From: Laetmonice hystrix
Taxonomy: Eukaryota
Assembly: GCA_965235115.1 (NCBI GenBank)
Contig: OZ249444.1
Coordinates: forward strand, 18,166,001 to 18,230,000
Direction of reading: 5' to 3'
Length of the DNA: 64,000 nucleotides
Positions 36,814-48,673 of this stretch are shown piece by piece. Position numbers and translations under genes: made by a program. Within the stretch, counting starts at the first letter, position 1, and every line of letters starts with the position of its first letter. The notes below the pieces were generated by a model. That model did no database searches. It was not told the origin of the DNA and saw nothing but the letters and a program-made list of their open reading frames with translations.

Positions 36814-38196
36814 AGGATGTGCACCGACTGACGCCCTGACAGGTCAGGGGGCCTGGCGAGCTGACAACACCTCCACACTATCTCCTACATAGGATGTGCA
36901 CCGACTGACGCCCTGACAGGTCAGGGGGCCTGGCGAGCTGACAACACCTCCACACTATCTCCTACATAGGATGTGCACCGACTGACGCCCTGACAGGTCA
37001 GGGGGCCTGGCGAGCTGACAACACCTCCACACTATCTCCTACATAGGATGTGCACCGACTGACGCTCTGACAGGTCAGGGGGCCTGGCGAGCTGACAACA
37101 CCTCCACACTATCTCCTACGGATGTGCACCGACTGACGCCCTGACAGGTCAGGGGGCCTGGCGAGCTGACAACACCTCCACACTATCTCCTACATAGGAT
37201 GTGCACCGACTGACGCCCTGACAGGTCAGGGGGCCTGGCGAGCTGACAACACCTCCACACTATCACCTACATAGGATGTGCACCGACTGACGCCCTGACA
37301 GGTCAGGGGGCCTGGCGAGCTGACAACACCTCCACACTATCTCCTACATAGGATGTGCACCGACTGACGCCCTGACAGGTCAGGGGGCCTGGCGAGCTGA
37401 CAACACCTCCACACTATCTCCTACATAGGATGTGCACCGTCTGACGCCCTGACAGGTCAGGGGGCCTGGCGAGCTGACAACACCTCCACACTATCTCCTA
37501 CATAGGATGTGCACCGACTGACGCCCTGACAGGTCAGGGGGCCTGGCGAGCTGACAACACCTCCACACTATCTCCTACATAGGATGTGCACCGACTGACG
37601 CCCTGACAGGTCAGGGGGCCTGGCGAGCTGACAACACCTCCACACTATCTCCTACATAGGATGTGCACCGACTGACGCCCTGACAGGTCAGGGAACCTGG
37701 CGAGCTGACAACACCTCCACACTATCTCCTACATAGGATGTGCACCGACTGACGCCCTGACAGGTCAGGGGGCCTGGCGAGCTGACAACACCTCCACACT
37801 ATCTCCTACATAGGATGTGCACCGACTGACGCCCTGACAGGTCAGGGGGCCTGGCGAGCTGACAACACCTCCACACTATCTCCTACATAGGATGTGCACC
37901 GACTGACGCCCTGACAGGTCAGGGGGCCTGGCGAGCTGACAACACCTCCACACTATCCCCTACATAGGATGTGCACCGACTGACGCCCTGACAGGTCAGG
38001 GAACCTGGCGAGCTGACAACACCTCCACACTATCTCCTACATAGGATGTGCACCGACTGACGCCCTGACAGGTCAGGGGACCTGGCGAGCTGACAACACC
38101 TCCACACTATCTCCTACATAGGATGTGCACCGACTGACGCCCTGACAGGTCAGGGGGCCTGGCGAGCTGACAACACCTCCACACTATCTCCTACAT
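36814..38196. repeat. Tandem array, 77-bp unit, 18 copies
   Basis: Unit aggatgtgcaccgactgacgccctgacaggtcagggggcctggcgagctgacaacacctccacactatctcctacat. 18x77 minus one 3-bp deletion equals the observed 1383 bp. Confidence 0.98.
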
Positions 38197-41100
38197 AAAT
38201 TGTCTCGTAACCGCCACTGGTAGGAAATTACGCCATGATAAATGTAAACTTTATGCCAGACTATTCGTATGTACAAAAAATTAGAATACTGATTATCACA
38301 CTGATGATTTCACGGCATTGAAGACACGTTTATTTATTTCCACTGGAAACTCGATCTGATATGCAGTCACTGTCATTATAAAACTTGCGTCTTTACTTAT
38401 ACCGTGTAAATTTAAGTAGTTCTTCACGTCGCAAAGTTTTCCCCTGAGAACTTGATGGACTTTTTATGGAATTTTACTCTAAGCGTTTCGCTGCATCCCT
38501 TTTCAAGCTATGTTGCCGTCGTCGCTGAATGTCACCAAATTGTCCGCAATGCGACTGATGACGACATAAAATATTGTCATAACATGCACGTTATTATTTG
38601 TTGTTAAATGGAAAATTGCCTACTTTCAATTCGAATGGCTTTATGAATTCTAAAAAGGTTATTACTGTAAACATAGCATGAGGTAGGTTATGTTCCAAAT
38701 ACATTTTTCCTGATCACAATATTAATATGATTTCAGTGTGTAATCATGGCTACCTCTGTCTATGTCCCAGTCTTGATGTTTTCAGTATTCTGACAGTCAG
38801 GTGAGGACTATTCTCACCATCATCACTTAACTCATGAATCAAACCAACTCAACCTCCAGCTTCAGCTCAACATCAACAAATAAACTTGTTTTATCTCTAA
38901 ATAAATCTCCATTTGCGCAGGTTTTGGCTTGTTATTTCAGTCAGACTGGAGATATTCATTACATTTCGATTCTTCAAACAACAAAACAAAGAAACCATCA
39001 ACAACAAATAAAAAAAACGTGAAAAAAATCTACGCTAAGATCGTATTTTACTGAGGCAGCTTTCCCCACTGTTTTTCTAAAGCTCTCGAAACCTATTGCA
39101 AAATATTGACACTGATTTAATTAATTGATTAATTTTGTTTTTATTAGACAACCAATCAATGTTGCGGTGGGTCATTCACCTACAGGTAGCTTTTCATCTT
39201 TATATCAGTCCGATATCTCTGCATGTTTCAAACATGTAAAAGGCACAGACAAACAGTAGACTAAATGTATTTTTCAGAGTGTGTCAGGGCATATGTTGAT
39301 TTGTTTTAATTCACTTAAGACGCATTAAATACATCAGCCTTAAAGAGTCGGGTCACTCGGTGGTAGGTGGAAAGAAAATATATTATATTATAGCTACGTA
39401 TCAGTCGGAGAGTTTGTGATATACCCAGCAGGCAAATGCTGTGGTAGTTATATTGGACAATGATGTTACTATATTGTCCAATCATGACGTATCTCTCCCT
39501 GCATGGCACTGCGATCATCACCATTTCCTCCCCCATAACTCTCCCTCTACTGGTGCCCCCTGGTGATAATTACCGGCATAATTAGCCTGGCGGCTCACAG
39601 TGACACAAGTCCTGATTGCGACATACCTGTGATCGACACAGATGATCCGTAATAACCCACACTGGGTCGTCCTGTCGACGGGGGCCACACGCCTACCCCG
39701 GCCCCATAAACCACGAGTCGGTCCACGTGTTCGTCCCCCGCTAACGTATGACGGTTATATAACGGACACAGCCCGATCTGTGCACCCCAAGGCGTCCCAC
39801 CACTGGCTCGGCACCGGTATATATTATACATTACAAAGGGACCCTGTTCTGGCTGTTGTGGTGAAGTCAGAGGTCATGAGGGTCCTAAAGCCATGGTCAT
39901 CCTTTGGGCAGAACTGATCAATCATTAAAGATGTTCAGACGTGATATGTGTCGTCTAACTGAGCTGATCTGACCTTCAATGAGACAGATGAGTTACTAAG
40001 AACCCTTTAACCTTGATATCTGGAAAACAAATAGAATTCGGTCTCGCATTCCAATCGTTCCAAATGAAAAGCACCTTTGTGATGCGATTCGTGAAAAAGT
40101 GGCAACTTGGTAGTTTCTCGATCACAAAACCTGACTTTGTCCTCGTGGTTATAAAGAGCCTCCTCTTCTCATTGAAAATGCTTTACAACTGAGCCAAGAG
40201 TAAAGATCTGTAGATCGATATGACTCATTGCCTGCGGTTATGGACCTAGAAATAAACAATAGAATATCTATTGTTTTCCTTGTCAGACACTCTGACCTTG
40301 AGAGTAAGTGCCGATAACCTTGTCCTATAATTCTTAGACAAGACTAAGCAGACTTCTGTGGATAATAGGTTGTCTTTGAGGAGGGCATCAGTGCTAGTAT
40401 CCATGGTAACATTATCCAGGAGGACATCGGCACTGGGCAGCTGATGTATGGAGGACACGTGACAGGATAACAATGAAATCAACGATAGCCGTAATGATGC
40501 CAGTCTGGCACACCTTACACTGGTCCATCACACGGCTGACCTCTCACCTCTCCACCACCCCCGCCAATCCTTAATTCTTAACTCTTAGCATCTTCACGGC
40601 CGGCATCAATCCAGTTATTAACAATCAATCACCATTATAAATATACCGTCTATCAATATACCAACTATTACACTTGTTACGCAGTCGCCTTAATAGTCAG
40701 GACTAATTTAGGCTTGTAAATAAAAGATATTCGAGCAATATGTGCGGCAATATGAGGGAGTGGAGTGGTGTCCCCACCCGACCCTGTGCTCTGACAGGTG
40801 ACCATTGAGGCGGCCTGCTACCATTAGTAGCCTCATCATTGCCGCTCATCTTTCATGGAGATAAGACAGCTGAGAGGGGGATCGATGATCCCCTCCGTCA
40901 CTTGGCTGCCGTCTCGGCCACCAGACCCGACGATCACGACGTGTCAGACCATCATAAATATCCATAGATCAGTACTTGGATCCCGGGGCGGGGCGCCCGA
41001 CAAACACGGCCAAGATCAGCCTTGATTGAGAGTGCTCAATAAAATGGACAATGGTAATGTTATATGTATGAGGACGCGTACGGTGTAAATTCCTCCATAA

Positions 41101-41279
41101 CTCAAGCAAAATAATAAGAAATGACGTCCTGAGGAAGGATCAAACAAGAAGCAGTTTGGAATACCAGGATATTTTTCCTCTGGTCTCTAGGAGAAGAAAT
41201 TGAAAATACAAGGCTGAAGGTAATCGTATACTCAACAGTCTGAGTGAGGACAAATTATAAGGAGCAATTGTCTTTAGAG

Positions 41280-41560
41280 GTGTCTCAATGAGGGCCAAGT
41301 ATCTAAACTCTTGCCATGGTGAGGACAGTATACTAATTGCAACAATCTAACAAGACTTAATTACAAAGATACGATTCTGTTTGTATATAATCTTAAGTTT
41401 GGTGTCCACTCTCGTGGTATTAGGCCCCGTATTGGTATGGTACCTAATTGTGGGCATATACTAACTCGCAGCGTTTTTAGATACGATTGCTGTACTTCCA
41501 GGAATCAATTTTATATTCAACTACTGTGAATGAAGCCTGCATGCGTCCAGGTACGGCCTG
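41280..41560 (+). mobile_element. Highly degenerate LINE (CR1/L2-like) ORF2 C-terminal remnant
   Basis: Frameshifted translation around 41419-41520 reads IRPRI / YGT*LWAYTNSQRF*IRLLYFQ, reminiscent of the RPxLEYxxxxW...L..LQ motif after the RT domain. It contains stops and frameshifts. Confidence 0.35.
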
Positions 41561-42716
41561 AGGCTGGTGAAAGCTGCCAAATATATGCCTGGTCTCATTT
41601 TTATGATTAATTCACATACTGCCATTAAACCGGCATATACAAGCCTGGACTATAGAAGACGGCCGTAAACAATGAAATGAGAACTGTCCACTGATACACG
41701 TTTATTCATGAAATCATTCCGTCTTACAAAGTCATTCCGCCTTCCAATGTCTAAGTTAATGAAGGAGTGAATTCATTGAAGACAAAGCATGTACAGTTTG
41801 TAGGTAAAACCCCTCTCCATGATTCTTTGTTATTTCCATCACAAAGATGTATCGTAAATGTCACGAGGACACAGCGATGTGTAGAAAACTACTTGTGTTG
41901 TTACACAAAGTCTGGACTCACCGAATAATAGTGACTATAGTGAAATCCCTTCTTGAAACGCTTGTATATGCTTCAATTTCTATTCGCCAACAGAAAGCGG
42001 GGTTCTCTTCAAATTATTCCCGAAAAAAATTAATGACGCAACAACAGTATACATTCCCCGTGTATATTCATTACAAACTCCTTTACTCCTTTTCTCTTTG
42101 CCATTTAACAAAATTGCTAAATTATGTATACAACTGGAAACGCAGGCGTCCCCGGCAATATATGAGGAATATGTACATGTATGTGACTATAGAGCAGAAC
42201 AAAACCTACCGGATAAGAACGGGAGAAACCCCGTAAAAACTAACCTGCATCACATTACCATACTGTCATTCCTATACGTTATCAAATTTCCCGGTTCTCT
42301 TTCGGCTCATATACTTATAGGGAACTGCTTCTGGTGAAGAAGTAAGTTTTACCGCACGCATATAAACATATCCTTATGTTCTCTTAACGGAAACTGTACC
42401 ATTGGAGAAAAAACACAGTACCCTGTCTCTATAAGTACCATTGAGTGAGCTCGTGGACGACCACCAACCTCCACCGACTCTGTGTTTCGTGATTCGTGGC
42501 ATGAAGCGGTCTCCTTTGTAGTCGACTCCGGTGGAAGAACTTCCATTCTCACAGACATTTCCACATTAGTACTTTTTACTCGCTGTCATAAACCTATATC
42601 ATGCCTGACATATGTCGTGCATACAATGCGCGGCCGAGGTCTTTGTCTGCTTGCCTCAAAACACAATCTGTCGGCAGAAGACGTTACCGTTCATCTCGTG
42701 GTCGTGAATCATTCAG

Positions 42717-42850
42717 NNNNNNNNNNNNNNNNNNNNNNNNNNNNNNNNNNNNNNNNNNNNNNNNNNNNNNNNNNNNNNNNNNNNNNNNNNNNNNNNNNNN
42801 NNNNNNNNNNNNNNNNNNNNNNNNNNNNNNNNNNNNNNNNNNNNNNNNNN
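42717..42850. other. Assembly gap (134 N)
   Basis: Run of n characters. Confidence 0.99.
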
Positions 42851-43146
42851 CAGAGAGATATAGAGACAGAGATAGAGAGAGGTATAGAGAGAGATAAAGA
42901 GAGACATAGATAAAGAGACAGGGAGAGGTATATAGAGAGAGATAAAGAGAGAGACATAGATAAAGAGACAGGGAGAGGTATATAGCGAGAGATAAAGAGA
43001 GAGACATAGATAAAGAGACAGAGAGAGGTATAGAGAGAGATAAAGAGAGACATAGATAAAGAGACAGGGAGAGTGAGAGACAGAGAGGTATAGATAGAGA
43101 CAGAGAGAGACAGAGAGAAACAGAGAGACAGAGATAAAGAGAGAGA
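42851..43146. repeat. GA-rich low-complexity satellite abutting the gap
   Basis: gagagacatagataaagagacagggagaggtat-type blocks repeat in an (AG)n background. Confidence 0.95.
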
Positions 43147-46100
43147 TATTTTATGCTCCGTCAACAAGAACCGTGTCAGTCAGGTCACAGTGGCTGAAGT
43201 CAACAGGATTATCTGATGTTTCATCCACTAACTCAAAATACGCTGGACTATATCTACAACGGAACATCACTGAACTCCAAATAAAATCGGAAGTCCCAGT
43301 CCTGATGTTGATATGATTATCTCTGGCTATTTATAAAGGAAAGTGACACTCCAAAACTCACTACGTTTGTTTATTTCTGAGTTGGCGTTAACCACAGTCA
43401 ACAAGCAATACCTACTGGACAAATTATACACGACAATCCGTGAAGTTTGAGTTCCCTTGAGCTGAATTCTAGTCGCACCTTTGTCCTAACTTGTGGTTGA
43501 AACTTGCATGAGCATGCGAGTATACGGGAGTGACGTTAGTGCCCCAAGCGATGCGAGTTCCGTGCCAAGCGTTAGCCGAGCACGTGCCCAGCGGCTGGCT
43601 ACAACCGGCCGCCCGTGGACGCACACTGACGCCTTCTCCTTCACCGTCAACTCTGAATTATTCTCCAGCTCAAAGTAGCCGCTGGCGCGATCATTTTCTC
43701 CTTAGGTCCTACTGAGCAAAGTGAATCGGATCTTACTTGTCAAAGAAGTCCTGCATTAAGATTCATGTGCCAAAGTCAGAGGTGCTCACACTGTCTAGAC
43801 CAAGTATATTACGAGCAGTAGTTAACACTCGTGATCAAGCAGCTTTGAGTGTGCAAACTTTTTTCACTTCATCACCAACTGTAAAGTTTTTCGCGGATTT
43901 ATTTAAGCTGTGGATCTGAGAGCCATCCAGACACATGAAGAAACTAGGAATTTATCCTTGAGACTTGTTACTCAGTGAGGCGAAGACACCCACACTCACG
44001 TGTTTTAGAATCAAAGCATGCCGGTTTAATGCGGTTGAGTCACAAATTATAAACTAAACTTCACCATCACAGAGGCACACGGAAGTATGGAAGATGATCG
44101 ACCAGGACAGAACTTTCCTCTCCATCAAACACCAGTGGACACCTAGCAGCACGTACACTATCCCTACTTAACTTTGCTCCTTCTCCGGACTCACTCAACC
44201 AAACTACCCTGATTAATTGGCCTCCCGTCGCTGCTCCAGCCACCCTCATGTTGATTCAGCCTAATGAAAAATCTGAGCTGCATTTTACATCCTCCACGGT
44301 TTCCCTTTACCGGGAAAACTGACTAAGACGTCTGATCACGTCGTTGTAACCATGACGTACACCGCCGCTAACATACGTGATGTGTGTAACGGGATCTTTT
44401 ACTATATACACCATGGTAACGGAGATCTTATTAACAGATGTGCCGGCTGCCTGTAATTTTTTTTATTTTCCCCTCGTCGTTCAGAGAGCCTGGGCGGCTT
44501 CCGCTGACCGGGTGGCGTTGGGAGCGCCTCATTGCCATTCGGCCGCCAGGGGGCTGTCCAATCCATCGCCCCGGAGCATTGTGCAGTGCTGTGGGGCCAG
44601 TTAATTAGGTCCATCAGTGCTCCCCGTGACAGCCATACCGAATCTGCCACCCCTGTCAGCCAGGCAAAGTTACTACTACAGCCTAACCCTCAAAGTTAAC
44701 AACTACAACTGGTTATAGAGACTCTGCCCAGAAACTCCTCCATTCAACCCTTCAACTAAAAGAGCGTTTTGGAAGTGGCTTCCTATACCGCATGTAAAGA
44801 TATTAACTGGATCTTGTTTCGGATGATGATCTCTTAAATATGCCGTATGATAGTCATTTTATAGGCTACACCTTTGTGCGCCGATGGTATCAATCATAAA
44901 AGGGGTTCGTCATTTCATACATGTACAAAACCTTTAAAAAATATGCATATACTTCTTTTCCTTTTGATATCCGGAACTGGTTTCTTTGTCTTTTCTGTTT
45001 CAGGATTGAAATAAGAAGAGTTCCTTCCATGTGTTCCGTTGACCGCCTTGAAGGTGATCCAAGCGATTCCTTACCTAATGCCACTCCACACCATTGTGGG
45101 CGATGCTTCTTGAGTGCCAGAAACCAGCAGCCTGTGAAACCTAGGCCGGCAATGAGGCATTGGTCTCCGGACTCTAATTAGCCATACTGGGTGTGGACTG
45201 TCAGCTGCCCATACCAATCAGGTATTAACAGTGCGGCAAAGTCATCAGTAACCATCAAGTATGGACCAAACTGCCCAATCTCCTGCCTGGTCTCGCCCAC
45301 TGAACACGCCTAAATGGCGGCGGTCAGCTCCTCGGCACTGTGTTAAGTCCAGCCATCGGTGTGTCCGTGAAAGGAGAGTGGTCATCCCTGGACGTCCACC
45401 CCCGATGATCCCTGCAGGTCATCCTTTGTGTCATTGTGGCCGGCGAACAAGGATCACCATGTATCTAGCCTTGCATGGACAGCACCCATACAAACGCGGC
45501 CGATAAAGCAACGCCCTCCATACAAAAACGGCGCTCTCTGAACGACCTGCCAACGAAACATCTGTCTTGGGATTCTGCCTTGGCACAATGCACAGCCTCG
45601 CCCTCCCAGACATGATTCAGCTGCCTCTCAATGCAGACCCTCTTCATTACACTGTATCTGAGGCCTCATCTTTTGCATACAGATTAGAGCATCTTTGGAA
45701 TCTTTGACACGTATGCAATGGAGGCAAGCGGCCTGGTCCGAGCATCTGGCGTCAGTACGTCGGCCGACGAATTGCCGCTGTTACTGCATTCTGATGTAAA
45801 CTCACCTTACACGTCGGGGACTTGATCCCTCTAAGTTAATTTGGACTCCTTTCCTCCAGGAGAGGGGCGTCTGTCCACCGACAAATTAGATCCCCTCAAT
45901 TTCGGCCAGAGATGCACCCTGGCCGTGTTTTGCAAATCCTTCAACTTTGACACGTGTCAATGGGAAAAACTCAATTATATGGTAAACTTTCTCTTAATAG
46001 CAGCAAAACACACTTTAGGATGCCAAATTAAAATACCTACGTTTTTAATACAAAGGGATGATCCATGTCTGAGAGTTGTCACCCGTAAACACCAGTAAGA

Positions 46101-48613
46101 ACCAATATAAGGTGGTGGGCGGGTAATGGCATGAAAGGCAGACTTCTTGGAAAGCGGGAGATTTCTCCATTACATTACATATGCTGTGGAATGTGAAGAG
46201 TGCGGCATGAGATCTGCCTTCAAAGCCACTTTCTTTGTTTCCCTCCGCAGTAACGCCCAAAAGGTCATGAAGACCAACAGGAAACATCTGGAACAATGTC
46301 TAGACAACAGATTATGAAAACAATTTTTCTACTTTGGAATATTTACCCAATTCATTAGGCCGGGTTGCCTGGAGGTGAGTTCTTTGTGTGACTCAGGGTA
46401 ACCCAGTTTTCAATGGCTCGAGGTTCCAGCTGAGTACATCCAGTGTTTGCCTCATAACTCGCGAGTTTACTCACTGGAAAAGCCTTCGAAATTACCTCAA
46501 GTGCATCAACACTCTCTTTTTTATCTTCCACATAAGACTTCCGGCGTATTCCTGAATGTGAGTTCAGACTTTAATTCCGAGTCTCTCCGTCCTTTTGGGA
46601 AGATTAATATGTACGTGTACCTGGATATTTGGGACAAGAAATTTTGTAAATCTAAAAACTTCTATCCAAAGTTGTGGGTTTCATGCTAAAGCTTTGCACA
46701 ACATTTTTTAGTGTACATCTCGAAGACACACTAGTGAGATGTATTATAGATGTGAATCCATAGTATGTGTCTATGACCGTGTTATATGTTGCAGAAATCT
46801 CTTTGATCCTTTGTTATGAGTTGCAAGACGTTTCTGATCTTTGAGACTTTGAAAAAACAGTAGTTATGCATCATCAGATGTGCCTATAAAACGTACGGTA
46901 CCCTGAACAATGGCATTAGTAATGGCTTACGCAGAAACCATCAAAGCAGCACCACAGCTGATTAGTTTGTCTAGAATCAGGCTCAGAAGCAGGTAAATTG
47001 AGCTGGTTTATGCGATGATAATCTCAAATCCAGACTTTCCTCCTTCACATGGTAATTGGATTGTGAATGTGTTGGCCCGACATCATGAAAGAGAAGCTTA
47101 CATTTTCGTGTAATTCGCCACAAAGGAGACACGCGCAAAAGCAACTTTTGTGCCAGAAGTCTTCCGTAAGAATCAACCCCTTTGGAACTCATTTAGAGGT
47201 TTAAACGGTCTGCCCTGCTCCTCTGCTTCACTTCTCTGGCAGTCAATATCACCATTGACTCCGGTACGGGATGGTATAGGAAAGATGGACGGGTCAGTTT
47301 GAAAGGAGGCAAGTGAAGGGTGTGCGAACTTCTCCGTGAAAGGGCGTGGATCGTATGTAGTTGGTTGTTTGGTTTGGGGATGATCCAAACTTTGTATCCG
47401 CTACTGATTGTTGCCTCTGGCGGGCAGACCCCCAAAATAAACATCTCGCGCTCTGTGGCACGGTGTCGGCACGGCTGTCCACTGGAGGCAAACAGGAACA
47501 GACCGTTTGGAGAAAACACATGCCGCTTCTTATTTTTCACTAAGGAAGTCCGAAAAAAATTATCAAACCACATGGCAATTAAAATAAGGTGGTGCTTTTT
47601 CTTGCAAGGACAAGACCAATAAACACGTAGATCTTTCGCCATTTTTTCTATTTACTGTCAATTCATACCGTTAAAATTTTGCTTTTCTCTTCGTCAATTC
47701 GAGATCGTTCTTATATATTCCCGAATCATAAGAATAATTTCGTTGGCGATCTAGTTTGACACACTTTGTGAATCAGTGAACAAACTTACAGGGGAAAGCC
47801 CCCTTCCTGAAAATGTTTTAACAAAATGAAGAACGATTAGATATATGCTGCAACAGCTTACAAAAATACGGTTTTTATGAACCTGAAATCCCCTGGGCCA
47901 TCTAAAGTAGTGCCTTGTTGACGGTGACCAAATGTGATATCATAATGAGGGATGATCCCCTCTAGTTGATGATACATGGAGTATGTACCGGGATAACACA
48001 CAGATATCAACCGATGTTAATGATAAAACCAGTAGGTGGCACCACCTCCTCGCTGTGCGAACTTCTCGAGCTATTTACACAGACAGCGCTCACATATCGG
48101 CCAGAAACCCATCCATGCCGCCACGGCAGACATATATCACAACATATCGCCCAACATGACGACCTCAGTCTGGACTTGAGCCAAGAGGGTCCTTGAAGGG
48201 TAGAACCATTATTATTGGATGTTAAGACATGCACACTATAATGCACAAAACATCGGAACTATTTTTACAACAGGACAGTGATACTAAATTGAAGCTACTG
48301 TGTTTATTACTGCCAGCATATGACTAAAATAATGAATTACATACAGGGGAAATTGGCGATATTTCCACCACATTTTGCATGAAACATCGAGCAGGTCCCT
48401 GTCGATCTATACGTATATTTAGCCATCAGGTTTAGCTTTTAGGAAAGCATGGGCGCAATGGAATGCCTGCAACCACCCGAACATTTACTAAACTTCACAA
48501 AACGATAACAATCCTTGTAGAACGTCTAATATAAACGTGAATACAGAACCAAAGGGAAAAAGATGAAAGAGGATCAACATTATTATGAAGTGGAGTGAGT
48601 ATAAATGTCTCAC

Positions 48614-48673
48614 CTGACAAACTTGGAAGCATTGGGCGAGGGATGTGACTGGTTGCCCACATGGCTTAACGCA
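48614..48673 (-). CDS. ANOS1: Anosmin-1 exon A, Cys-rich region: CVKPCGQPVTSLAQCFQVCQ
   Basis: Acceptor tttttctgttttgcag, donor CAG|gtgaga, 60 nt, phase 0/0. The CxxxC...CxxxC pattern matches human CLEPC...CQSFC, and it joins in frame to exon B. Confidence 0.85.

Larger units (their letters stand above)
66..48673 (-). other. ANOS1: Anosmin-1 (KAL1) orthologue, partial multi-exon gene model (9 coding exons; 5' exons not located, 3' exons beyond window start)
   Basis: Hand-spliced minus-strand exons give one continuous frame with GT-AG boundaries and matching phases. Domain order is Cys-rich, WAP, FN3, FN3, FN3, the anosmin architecture. Motifs such as QHRWNVGRHHSE, GRWYQFRV and PYFQNGLLKANVTW parallel human QRRWNYGIHPSE, SRWYQFRV and PFYQDGQLQVKVYW (recalled sequence). 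Confidence 0.95.

Noticed and set aside
39985-40200. Possible LINE 3' tail on the minus strand (FFTNRIT...WN)
   Set aside because: Resemblance is too short and interrupted to support a call without an HMM search.
42482-43167. ORFs rich in S/L or R/E/D and X
   Set aside because: Artefacts of the N gap and the GA repeat.
47193-47642. 149-aa minus-strand ORF and overlapping ORFs
   Set aside because: No domain similarity and no anosmin-compatible splice signals.
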